A stretch of DNA of 32,000 nucleotides, from contig NZ_CP017260.1 of the NCBI RefSeq assembly GCF_001735745.1, positions 330,001 to 362,000 on the forward strand, given 5' to 3'. The position numbers and the translations under genes are program-made. Shown here in pieces: positions 23,787 through 32,000 of this stretch. The stretch is from Formosa sp. Hel1_33_131 (lineage in GTDB: Bacteria > Bacteroidota > Bacteroidia > Flavobacteriales > Flavobacteriaceae). The notes beneath the pieces were generated by a model, which saw only the letters and a list, made by a program, of their open reading frames with translations, was not told the origin of the DNA and did not search any database. The first letter of the stretch is position 1, and every line of letters begins with the position of its first letter.

Positions 23787-26390
23787 TTAATTCTTAATAA
23801 TTTTCTTAACAACTATTTCACTGTCGGTTTGAATTTGGAGAAGGTAAAGTCCATCTTCAAAATGACTCATATCCAATTCAAACGCTTGGCTATTTAAATT
23901 ATAGGTATCGTATAATTTCCCATGAACACTCCACAGTTTGATGCTAGAAATTTCTCCTTTATCGATTTTTATGTTTAATTTATCTGAAACCGGATTTGGA
24001 GAGAGACTGACTAAAGCTCCAAACTGGAGGGGGTTTACAGATAGATTTCCGATTGTATCCTCTCGTGCTATCCAACTTGCTGCTAAACTATTGTCTAAAT
24101 CCAAACCAACAAGTTTCAGAAAAGAACCATTTCCATCTGCATCTACCGGCCATGGCAATACATCTTTATACTTAACTTTATCAATGACATTCCCATAGGC
24201 ATCTCTTAAGATTAAATCTTCGCTATCATTGGATAGGTTTCTAGAAAACTCTCCAAAAGAATTAAAGCCGTAGCGTAACAAGAAAGATTCACTTTTATTA
24301 GATAAAAAAATCGACTCCCCACCAGAAACAGTGGCGCCGTTTTCAAACTGATAAGTAAAACCTAAGCCTCCAAAATAAATACCTGTCAAATTGATAGTTG
24401 ATGTGCTGTTATTTTTTATTTCAATAAACTCATAATCATCCGAATCCAATGCTGCATCTACCAAAGGATTGTAATTAATTTTAGAAATCACCAAAGGCGG
24501 CGTTGTTACAGCATCGCACAAACTTGTATCTGTGAGTTGGCCTGAAATCCAAGTGATTCGCTCAGTAATAAAATCTTTTATATCAATGATCTGCTGATCA
24601 AACTCTCCTGTTGTTCCTGTAACTGTTTCTTGACGTTCAACCGCTTCCGAAATCAGTGTGGAAGTCGCATCAATAAATGCAAAAATTTCGACTGAATTTA
24701 ATGGCATACCGGATGCTGTAAGCGCTTGCCAACGCTTCGTTAAATAGCACTTAAATACTGCATCATCAAAGAGGTCTTTCCAAAATTTAGGACCTTCATT
24801 TCCATCATCATCAAACTGCCAAATATCAGTGAGACTCCTGTCGAACCCCCAAAAAAATAAATCATTACCATAGGTTAAATTAAAATCCCAAATAGGCCCT
24901 GCCCTTAGTTTTCCATTGCGATCTTTATGAAAAAATGTGCTGAACTCATACCCATCCGCATTGGAAGCCAATTCGTTGAGCAGAATGAAATCTACAAAAG
25001 AAGGGATATCGATAACCGATGGATACCCATTTGTTATGGAGCTATTGCTTGGAGCATTTACCTTGGCTTGCAGTGTTTCAAATTCGCCTTTAATATACTC
25101 ATGTTGTTCTGGCTGAATGGTTGTCAATTTTGGATGCTCATGTAAAAAATTACTTTGGTACCCTCCATAGTTATCCATAGACCATGATGCAACATTTTCT
25201 AAGCCTTCAATCTTATCCGTTTTGGTGATATAGCCACCCGTAAGTTTAGGAAGGGTTAATTGGGTTTCCTTAATTTTATTAATATTAATTCGACTGTCAT
25301 CTGCTTTTAGTTTTTCTTGCAACACATAAATACCTTGAAAATCTCCATTTAAAACCACTTCACAATAACGGCCTCTGGACGCATAATTCCCTGTTAGATT
25401 TGAAAGCTTATAACTGATAAAATCTCTTATGTACGAAGCATCATATGCAAGCCCATTCAAAATCCAGTCGTTTTCTTTGGGCATATCAAGAAGCGATACA
25501 TTTACTTTTTCTCCGAGTTCATCATAGGGTGTAAACGCATATTGTTTTTTGTCCAACAGAGCCGACGAAGAGCCACGAACTTCAATTTTAATAGCACCAT
25601 CATAGTCAAGAGTTGAAGCATCACTAGCATCCGTCAAAAAATTACGGGCGCCTTCATCTCTATAAATAATTTTCATAGTGGCGTCAATTTTAGGTTCATC
25701 GGGAATCTCTTGACCTTGATCTGTTTCAATCAGAACAATCGGTAAATTAGAAGATACAAAATTGACAGTCACTGGAACGTACGGAGCTACAAACCACCAA
25801 GGTGGAGTAGTGTAGTCATAATTAGAATTAGTAATTCCTAAAGACAGTACTGGAAGTGCACTCAAATCAGACGAGTCTATCGATTGGTTATGCACTTGTA
25901 CCGCAAGAATATTTGTTCCTGTATCAAGAAGTAATGGATCCACTTCAAAACGTTCAGGTCCATAGCCTTGATACAATAAGGCTTCGTGATTGCCATCACT
26001 AGACTGATTAAACGCTGGAACATCCCCTGAAACCAAATTTCTTGCAATCTCTTGCCCATTTAAATACGCCACAAAACCATCATCATAATCAATATCTAAA
26101 ACCATATACCCAACCGCCGTAGCATCCGTGATTTCAAAGGTTTTACGAATATAAACAGACATTGTAGGGGATATAACCGTTGCATCGTCCTCATCTCCAA
26201 AACCAAAACCGGAAGGTCCTGTACTCCAACTTGAAGCGTTAAATCCCAACTGATTCCAATTCGTGCTGGGTTGTGACGTTGGCACCAGGTAATCCCAGTT
26301 GTCACCAGGGAGTACAACGCTTTCCCAATGGTCAATTTGTGAAAACGTAAATAATGGTAAAAGAAGACATACTAAATAAGAATAACGCAT
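23787..26390 (-). CDS. CotH-family (atypical kinase-like) protein fused to a lamin-tail domain and a T9SS type A C-terminal domain
   Basis: 867 aa with a signal peptide.
- N-terminal jelly-roll-like region: WSTGPSGFGFGDEDDATVI...YIRKTFEI...DIDYDDGFVAYLNGQEIAR.
- Central CotH-like block: KKQYAFTPYDELGE...ENDWILNGLAYDASYIRDFISYKLSNLTGNYASRGRYCEVVLNGDFQGIYVLQEKLK.
- LTD-like segment: LVISKINYNP...DYEFIEIKNNSTSTINLTGIYF.
- T9SS tail: LSPNPVSDKLNIKI...FEDGLYLLQIQ. Confidence 0.8.
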   Translation of the reverse strand: MRYSYLVCLLLPLFTFSQIDHWESVVLPGDNWDYLVPTSQPSTNWNQLGFNASSWSTGPSGFGFGDEDDATVISPTMSVYIRKTFEITDATAVGYMVLDIDYDDGFVAYLNGQEIARNLVSGDVPAFNQSSDGNHEALLYQGYGPERFEVDPLLLDTGTNILAVQVHNQSIDSSDLSALPVLSLGITNSNYDYTTPPWWFVAPYVPVTVNFVSSNLPIVLIETDQGQEIPDEPKIDATMKIIYRDEGARNFLTDASDASTLDYDGAIKIEVRGSSSALLDKKQYAFTPYDELGEKVNVSLLDMPKENDWILNGLAYDASYIRDFISYKLSNLTGNYASRGRYCEVVLNGDFQGIYVLQEKLKADDSRININKIKETQLTLPKLTGGYITKTDKIEGLENVASWSMDNYGGYQSNFLHEHPKLTTIQPEQHEYIKGEFETLQAKVNAPSNSSITNGYPSVIDIPSFVDFILLNELASNADGYEFSTFFHKDRNGKLRAGPIWDFNLTYGNDLFFWGFDRSLTDIWQFDDDGNEGPKFWKDLFDDAVFKCYLTKRWQALTASGMPLNSVEIFAFIDATSTLISEAVERQETVTGTTGEFDQQIIDIKDFITERITWISGQLTDTSLCDAVTTPPLVISKINYNPLVDAALDSDDYEFIEIKNNSTSTINLTGIYFGGLGFTYQFENGATVSGGESIFLSNKSESFLLRYGFNSFGEFSRNLSNDSEDLILRDAYGNVIDKVKYKDVLPWPVDADGNGSFLKLVGLDLDNSLAASWIAREDTIGNLSVNPLQFGALVSLSPNPVSDKLNIKIDKGEISSIKLWSVHGKLYDTYNLNSQAFELDMSHFEDGLYLLQIQTDSEIVVKKIIKN

Positions 26391-26540
26391 GATAAAAGTG
26401 ATTGGTTGGTTAATTCCTGTAAAAATAATGAAAAAAAATCTAATTCTGATTAATTACACTTAAGTCTTTTCACTGATACAAGGCGTGTGTTTGTAGTTCG
26501 TTTTTAAATTTTCGCTACATTTATACCAAATTTAAAACTG

Positions 26541-27623
26541 ATGAACCCAAACGCCATAACAACAGCTATTTTAAAAACCATCGCAATTCTTGTAGGAGTT
26601 TTTCTATTGCTCTTTTTTTTATATCAAATTCAATCGGTACTGGTCTATATTGCCATTGCTGCTGTGATTGCTCTCGTAGGAAGACCGATAAACCTTTTTT
26701 TGAAACGAAAATTAAAATTTCCAAACGGCGTAGCAGTGCTCACCACCATGACGGGATTCTTTTTAATATTCATGGGGCTCATCAGTCTTTTCATCCCCTT
26801 GATTAAAAAGCAGGGAGAAAACCTTTCTCTCTTAAACTTGGAACAACTTCAAGACACCATCCAGAATTTAATCTCCCAAATCAATACCTTCTTTTTAGCG
26901 CATGGCATAAATGTATTGGATGAAATGAAACACTACGACCTGTTTGAAAATATCAACGTCATTCCAAATTTTTTGAATAACATCGTTGGAACGATTGGAA
27001 CCTTAAGTATTGGTTTATTTTCAGTGGCGTTTATCACCTTTTTCCTGATGAAAGACACCCAAATCATGGAAAATTCACTCTATGTATTCACCAACAAAAA
27101 AAGTGAATCCAAGTTGAGAAAATCCATAGAAACCATCAGGCATTTACTCTCTAGATATTTTATTGGATTGGTATTTCAAATCACCATTCTGTTTATTATT
27201 TACTCTATTATTTTGATGATTTTTGGAATCGAAAATGGGATTGTCATTGCATTTTTATGTGCATTACTAAATTTAATACCCTACATAGGGCCGATGATCG
27301 GTTGTTTTTTAATGCTCTTTTTAACGATGAGCAGCAACCTCGGATTGGACTTTCAAACTGAGATACTGCCAAAAGCAACCTATGTATTGATTGGCTATGT
27401 CTTTGCTCAACTCATTGACAATTTTGTAAGCCAACCCATCATTTTTTCAAAGAGTGTCAAGTCACACCCCCTTGAGATTTTTCTTGTCATCATCATCGCA
27501 GGCATCCTGTTTGGCGTCACCGGAATGATCCTAGCCATTCCCACCTACACCTCCCTAAAAGTAATTTTAAAAGCGTTTTTAGCGGATAATAAGATTGTCA
27601 AGTCGCTGACGAAGGAGTTGTGA
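26541..27623 (+). CDS. AI-2E family (PerM/UPF0118) integral membrane transporter
   Basis: 360 aa with about 8 predicted TM helices. The conserved C-terminal half is LLNLIPYIGPMIG...QLIDNFVSQPIIFSKSV..HPLEIFLVIIIAGILFGVTGMILAIP. Confidence 0.8.
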   Translation: MNPNAITTAILKTIAILVGVFLLLFFLYQIQSVLVYIAIAAVIALVGRPINLFLKRKLKFPNGVAVLTTMTGFFLIFMGLISLFIPLIKKQGENLSLLNLEQLQDTIQNLISQINTFFLAHGINVLDEMKHYDLFENINVIPNFLNNIVGTIGTLSIGLFSVAFITFFLMKDTQIMENSLYVFTNKKSESKLRKSIETIRHLLSRYFIGLVFQITILFIIYSIILMIFGIENGIVIAFLCALLNLIPYIGPMIGCFLMLFLTMSSNLGLDFQTEILPKATYVLIGYVFAQLIDNFVSQPIIFSKSVKSHPLEIFLVIIIAGILFGVTGMILAIPTYTSLKVILKAFLADNKIVKSLTKEL

Positions 27624-28916
27624 TTACTGTTTAAATATTTTTTTAAATTGATAAAACACCCGCTCGATCAATCGCAAGTCTTCTGTGATAATTTCTGCAA
27701 CGCCCTGCATTTCTTGTTTAAACTCAATTTCTTTATTGTAGGAAGTAATTAGTGTTTTGGGCAGTGACACATCAATCGTATAAAACCCATCCTTGTTTGA
27801 AATTTCAGAAATATGTGTCACGTGTCCTTTTAAAACACCAAATTCATAGTCGGGGTAATTGTGTAATTTTATGTTTACGTTTTGACCAACTTTAACTTTC
27901 CCTAAGTTTTGTGCAGGCGTTTTTAGCTTGGCAATAAAAGAAGAATTTACCTTTGGAATAATAGTAAAAACCAAATCCCCTTGATTCACCGTTTGATTTT
28001 CACTCCAGTAGTTGAGGAACGATACTTTACCGACCATTTTTGAGCTTAATACATATTTTAGTTCCCAATCTTTCACGCTTTTTTGAAGTTGATTAAAAGA
28101 CTGAATCACTTTTTTGAGCAATGTCTTTTCTTCTCTAATACTTGAAATCTCTGTCCCTTTTGAGGTGTTTTTGCTGTTTGAAATGGCTTCTCGTAATTGA
28201 GAAATCGAAGAGGCCATATTTTTATAAACTCTTTCCGCTTGCAAAAACTCCAATTGCTTCGTTTCATAATCTTGTTCAGAAACCACTCCTTTCTCAAAAA
28301 GTGTTTTACTTCTTGATAAATCTTTTTGTTTGAACTCTAATTCTTGTTTATGGAGTGCTTTTTGTCCTTGTAAATTTCTCAACTGCCGGTTCAATTCTGA
28401 AGTCGTCGTTTTATTGGCGAGCGCCTCATTGGTAAAGGGCTTTAGTTCTTTATTCAAAACATAGTGAATGTAATTCGTTTCAAATGTAGAAAAAGCCGCA
28501 TCGATATCTCCTAAAAACAAAATGGGAAGTTCATCGATCGGAACGTAAAACGAGTGTTTTTGAATCTGTATCGTATCCAAAATAGATTTCAGAAAAAAGA
28601 CATCCTTGTAATTGGCTGTATTTTCTAGAATAGCCAAGGGTTGTTGGTTGCTCACATTGTCTGAATCGCTCACAAAAATAGTATCGATTTTACCCGTCAC
28701 TTTTGCATATTCTTTTTGTGGAGGGTTTTCGGTGGTTAAAATGACTTCTGAAACTACAACATCTGGGTATTTAACAATCCACGAGAGTGCACACAACAAT
28801 AGTATCAAAAACAGAAATAGTACATTCCCCCAACGGACCATCCAATGGGGTACTTTGGTGAGAATCTCTTGAACTTCCTCACTTCTCAATTCTATGTCTT
28901 CTAATAGTTCTGACAT
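27624..28916 (-). CDS. HlyD-family membrane-fusion/adaptor protein of a bacteriocin-type ABC exporter
   Basis: 430 aa. It has a cytoplasmic N-terminus, a single TM (VLFLFLILLLCALSWIV) followed by YPDVV, a long coiled-coil middle (QLRNLQGQKALHKQELEFKQKDLSR...) and C-terminal beta-barrel motifs (GQNVNIKLHNYPDYEFGVLKGHV). It begins 2 nt downstream of the ABC transporter gene on the same strand. Confidence 0.85.
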   Translation of the reverse strand: MSELLEDIELRSEEVQEILTKVPHWMVRWGNVLFLFLILLLCALSWIVKYPDVVVSEVILTTENPPQKEYAKVTGKIDTIFVSDSDNVSNQQPLAILENTANYKDVFFLKSILDTIQIQKHSFYVPIDELPILFLGDIDAAFSTFETNYIHYVLNKELKPFTNEALANKTTTSELNRQLRNLQGQKALHKQELEFKQKDLSRSKTLFEKGVVSEQDYETKQLEFLQAERVYKNMASSISQLREAISNSKNTSKGTEISSIREEKTLLKKVIQSFNQLQKSVKDWELKYVLSSKMVGKVSFLNYWSENQTVNQGDLVFTIIPKVNSSFIAKLKTPAQNLGKVKVGQNVNIKLHNYPDYEFGVLKGHVTHISEISNKDGFYTIDVSLPKTLITSYNKEIEFKQEMQGVAEIITEDLRLIERVFYQFKKIFKQ

Positions 28917-28917
28917 C

Positions 28918-31104
28918 TTAGCTTCCGAGTTCTAATTGGTTTTTTACCAAATGATAGTAATTCCCTTTTTGTTTTACGAGGGCTTTATGACTTCCAACTT
29001 CTACGATTTTTCCTTGCTCTAAAACCACAATTTGATCGGCGTGTTTGACAGTGCTTAAACGGTGTGCAATCACCACCACCGTTTTGTCTTTAAAAAACGT
29101 ATTCAGTTTTTCCATGATAACTTTTTCGTTATTGGCATCGAGTGCCGAAGTGGCTTCATCAAAAAACAAGTAATTGGGGTTTTTATAGACCGCTCTGGCA
29201 ATGAGTAAACGTTGTTTTTGACCCGTACTTAAGCCAACGCCTTCCATCCCTATTTTAGTGTTGTACGATAAGGGCAAGGTTTCTATAAACTCTTGAATGT
29301 TGGCAACATCCACGGCATGGGCTAATTTTTGCTTATCTACATAATCAACACCAACCGCTATGTTATTGGCAATGGTATCGCTAAAAATATAACCTTCTTG
29401 CATCACCACCCCACTTTGACTTCGCCAGGCTTTTTGAGAGACGTTTTTAAGGTCGTAACTTCCTAGCTTCATCATTCCGTCACTGGGTTCGTAAAACTTC
29501 AATAGAAGCTTCATTAACGTTGTTTTACCACTACCACTAGTTCCTACAATTGCAGTAATTTTTTTTGTAGGAATTTCTAAGTCTAAATCTTTTAAAACTA
29601 GCTGATTTGAACCAATATACCTGAAAGATACTTTATTAAGTTTTAAATCCAAATCTTCATTAATCGAAGTAATTTTTTGTTCATCTTGTTGCTCCTCATC
29701 TTCTTGATTATGAATTTCAGAGAGTCTTTCTAAAGAAATTTTGGCATCTTGAAAATCTCTAATAAACTTTATTAATTGCGAAATTGGAGAGTTTAACTGA
29801 CCTACTATATAGGTTATAGCTAACATAGCCCCTAAAGTTATATTGCCATCAATAACTAATTTTGCAGCCCATATAGTAATAAGGATGTTTTTTAATTCAT
29901 TAATGAAATCTGACCCTACACTTTGATATTGTTCTAACTCGAGTTCTTTAATAGAGATTTTAAATAATTGTGCCTGTAAATATTCCCACCCCCATCTTTT
30001 TTGTTTTTCTGCATTATGCAATTTTATTTCTTGCATACCATTAATTAGCTCAATAACTTTAGATTGTTCTTGACTGATTTGAGAAAATTGCTTGTAATCT
30101 AATTCTCTTTGCTTTTTTAGAAAAAACGAAATCCAAATAAAATATAAAATACTTCCAACTAAGAAAATTAAAAATATTTGAATATTATAATACAATAATA
30201 TAACTCCAAAGGTTAATAAATTAAACATAGAAAATAGAACATTAAGTGTAGAGGACGTAAGGACTATTTCTATTCTTTTATGGTCATTTATTCTTTGCAA
30301 AATATCACCTGTCATTCGAGTATCAAAAAAAGCTATAGGTAAACTCATTAGTTTTATAAAAAAATCTGAAACTAACGAAATGTTAATGCGAGTACTTAAA
30401 TGTAATAGTATCCAACTTCTAATTATTTCTATTGATATTCGTCCAATAAATAAGGCTAATTGAGCAAAAAGAACAAGGTAAATAAAATGAATATCTTGAT
30501 TTTTAATACCTACATCAACTATGCTTTGAGTTAAAAAAGGAAAAATTAATTGCAATAAACTACTTGCTACTAATCCAATTATTAACTGAACAATGTATTT
30601 TTTATATTTAAGTAAATACTTTGTTAAAAAAGAAATATTTAATTTATGATTATTATCGAATTTAGATTCGTAAAACTTAGGTGTTGGCTCCATTAATAGT
30701 ACCAAGCCTTCTTCAGTTTCATCTGAAGAATTATTACCAATCCAATGTTTAAGAAACTCGTCTTTAGTGTATTTTATTAAACCATAAGCTGGGTCAGAAA
30801 TAAAATATGTATTATTTTTTATTTCGTATAAAACAACATAATGGTTTTTATTCCAATGTAAGATACATGGTAGAGGCGCTTCAGATAATCTATTTAAAGA
30901 TATTTTAGCCCCCAAAGACCTTATGCCTATTTTTTCTAAAGCATCACTAATTCCTAAAATACTACTTCCTTGTCTTGTGGTTTCACTTAAATCTCTAAGT
31001 TCTTGAATAGAAATATTTTTTCCATAATATTTAGATATAATTTTTAGACATGTTGGACCACAATCTTTTAAGTCTGCTTGCTTATAAAAAGGAAATTTTT
31101 TCAA
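28918..31104 (-). CDS. Peptidase-C39-domain-containing ABC transporter (PCAT; double-glycine leader cleaving bacteriocin/RiPP exporter)
   Basis: 728 aa. The N-terminal C39 domain has catalytic-Cys context YKQADLKDCGPTCLKIISKYYG and downstream HWNKNHYVVLYEI. Six TM helices follow. The ABC cassette has Walker A GTSGSGKTT, signature LSTGQKQR and Walker B LFFDEATSALD. Confidence 0.93.
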   Translation of the reverse strand: MKKFPFYKQADLKDCGPTCLKIISKYYGKNISIQELRDLSETTRQGSSILGISDALEKIGIRSLGAKISLNRLSEAPLPCILHWNKNHYVVLYEIKNNTYFISDPAYGLIKYTKDEFLKHWIGNNSSDETEEGLVLLMEPTPKFYESKFDNNHKLNISFLTKYLLKYKKYIVQLIIGLVASSLLQLIFPFLTQSIVDVGIKNQDIHFIYLVLFAQLALFIGRISIEIIRSWILLHLSTRINISLVSDFFIKLMSLPIAFFDTRMTGDILQRINDHKRIEIVLTSSTLNVLFSMFNLLTFGVILLYYNIQIFLIFLVGSILYFIWISFFLKKQRELDYKQFSQISQEQSKVIELINGMQEIKLHNAEKQKRWGWEYLQAQLFKISIKELELEQYQSVGSDFINELKNILITIWAAKLVIDGNITLGAMLAITYIVGQLNSPISQLIKFIRDFQDAKISLERLSEIHNQEDEEQQDEQKITSINEDLDLKLNKVSFRYIGSNQLVLKDLDLEIPTKKITAIVGTSGSGKTTLMKLLLKFYEPSDGMMKLGSYDLKNVSQKAWRSQSGVVMQEGYIFSDTIANNIAVGVDYVDKQKLAHAVDVANIQEFIETLPLSYNTKIGMEGVGLSTGQKQRLLIARAVYKNPNYLFFDEATSALDANNEKVIMEKLNTFFKDKTVVVIAHRLSTVKHADQIVVLEQGKIVEVGSHKALVKQKGNYYHLVKNQLELGS

Positions 31105-31116
31105 ATGATTTTATTT

Positions 31117-32000
31117 TTAAACTAAACCATATTGTTTAATCACTTTTTGTTTTAGTGGATTTAAACTCCAGTCTTCCCACGTACATGTACTCGGATTATA
31201 CCCACATTTTAAAGGTTTACTATATAAATCCATTGGATTTTCTATAAAAGCTCTACAATCTGTACAATTAAATCTAAATTCACAGTCTTTACAAGTATCA
31301 ATTTGAGTTTTATTTATTGTCCAAAACTTATTAAAAGTCTTTTCTTTAATAATATCTTTTATTTTAGTTTCTTTTAAATTACCGTGTATTAAATCCATTA
31401 CTGGACAATTTTTAATATTCCCTGATGAATCTATTGAAACTTTTTTATTTAAACATCCATTTTTTTCCTCTAATTCAATATGATTATTTATGTTTTCAAA
31501 ATTTAAGTTTTCTTTATTAATAACTCCACAACACTTCCCTTTATTAAAAGGATATGTAATAAAATATAGTTTACCGAAATGAAGTGGATAGAATCCTTCT
31601 TTTTCAATTGAAAAATCTACGATTTCTGATTTAGGTGAGCTATATATGTATATATGAGATATTGGAGAGTAGTTTAAAATTAAGTCATTTAAATCTTTCG
31701 TAGATACTTCTTCGGAATAAGTCAAATGCATTTCAACATAATTAATATTTGTTTTATTAATTATATCTAATATTTTCTTTTTAAAGTTTAAATTAAATTT
31801 AGAAAGAAACCTTAACTGTACATCGTTGCATCTCAACTCTTCAATTTCAGCTACTAATTGTGTAAACATTGTTTCTGAAAAATTACTCTCATCAATTTCT
31901 ATAATTACATCTTTTAATAACACAAACTCATCATCAACACAGTTTTCTCTTGCGGGATAACTATCTAAATTACTAGAAAAAAAACCTATTTCATTATGTA
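31117..32000 (-). CDS. SPASM-domain peptide maturase (radical-SAM/SPASM-related), 5' end beyond the window
   Basis: The track ORF starts at a GTG (31923), but the frame stays open to the window edge (manual: ...HNEIGFFSSNLDSYPARENCVDDEFV-LLKDV...), so the gene is truncated. The C-terminal Cys pattern fits the SPASM signature: C157-x10-G-x4-C173, then C211-x2-C-x5-C-x2-C223, then C240/C247 (DNA 31183-31455). The tail ...CKDCEFRFNCTDCRAF...SKPLKCGYNP resembles, from memory, the Bacteroidota grasp-with-spasm maturase family. Confidence 0.75.
   Translation of the reverse strand, partial: HNEIGFFSSNLDSYPARENCVDDEFVLLKDVIIEIDESNFSETMFTQLVAEIEELRCNDVQLRFLSKFNLNFKKKILDIINKTNINYVEMHLTYSEEVSTKDLNDLILNYSPISHIYIYSSPKSEIVDFSIEKEGFYPLHFGKLYFITYPFNKGKCCGVINKENLNFENINNHIELEEKNGCLNKKVSIDSSGNIKNCPVMDLIHGNLKETKIKDIIKEKTFNKFWTINKTQIDTCKDCEFRFNCTDCRAFIENPMDLYSKPLKCGYNPSTCTWEDWSLNPLKQKVIKQYGLV

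Noticed and set aside
27621-27626. The convergent AI-2E permease and HlyD genes end on adjacent stop codons (TGA 27621-27623, TTA/TAA 27624-27626) with zero intergenic bases
   Set aside because: This is real in the sequence but probably just compact convergent packing. There is no room for a shared terminator and no evidence that the permease belongs to the peptide-export locus. Noted only as a caution for operon and terminator prediction.
1-32000. Search for mobile-element hallmarks, rRNA/tRNA genes and defence-system genes (integrase, transposase, inverted terminal repeats, cas, restriction-modification)
   Set aside because: None recognised. All ORFs over 150 aa are accounted for by the calls above, and the only methyltransferase (18955-19578) is a small-molecule/protein-type class I enzyme without DNA-MTase motifs.

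Overview
AT-rich segment, probably from a marine Flavobacteriia (Bacteroidota) chromosome. Five proteins carry type IX secretion (T9SS) C-terminal sorting domains, signal and lipoprotein peptides are common, and Shine-Dalgarno sites are not obvious. All family calls come from reading the translated ORFs for motifs; no searches were run.

Layout:
- 1-9.4 kb: a (sulfated) glycan-processing set. It holds a truncated probable sulfatase tail, a GH92 alpha-mannosidase, a Cys-type sulfatase, a glycerophosphodiesterase, a 1033-aa beta-helix/FN3/T9SS protein and a formylglycine-generating enzyme.
- 9.5-17.2 kb: a surface-protein region. It holds a 1471-aa T9SS adhesin-like protein with seven near-identical 246-bp tandem Ig-like repeats, a 757-bp non-coding gap, and a tightly coupled two-gene unit (T9SS-tailed protein plus a protein with 88 uninterrupted collagen Gly-X-Y triplets).
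- 17.4-26.4 kb: mixed genes. These are a small membrane protein, a SOUL heme-binding-like protein, a lipoprotein, a SAM methyltransferase, an L-type-lectin/T9SS type B protein, a decayed DtxR-family regulator remnant, a TonB-dependent receptor and a CotH-like/LTD/T9SS protein.
- 26.5-32 kb: an AI-2E-family permease, then the export and maturation half of a RiPP/bacteriocin locus (HlyD adaptor, C39-peptidase ABC exporter, SPASM-domain maturase). The locus runs off the right edge.

No rRNA, tRNA, CRISPR array, integrase or transposase was recognised.

Most unusual observations:
1. A conserved 34-nt box plus hairpin plus T-run module occurs three times on the + strand, with compensatory stem changes, bracketing the surface-protein loci.
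2. The collagen-like two-gene unit.
3. A ~330-aa beta-helix module is shared in three copies between two giant T9SS proteins.
4. The edge-truncated SPASM/PCAT/HlyD peptide locus.
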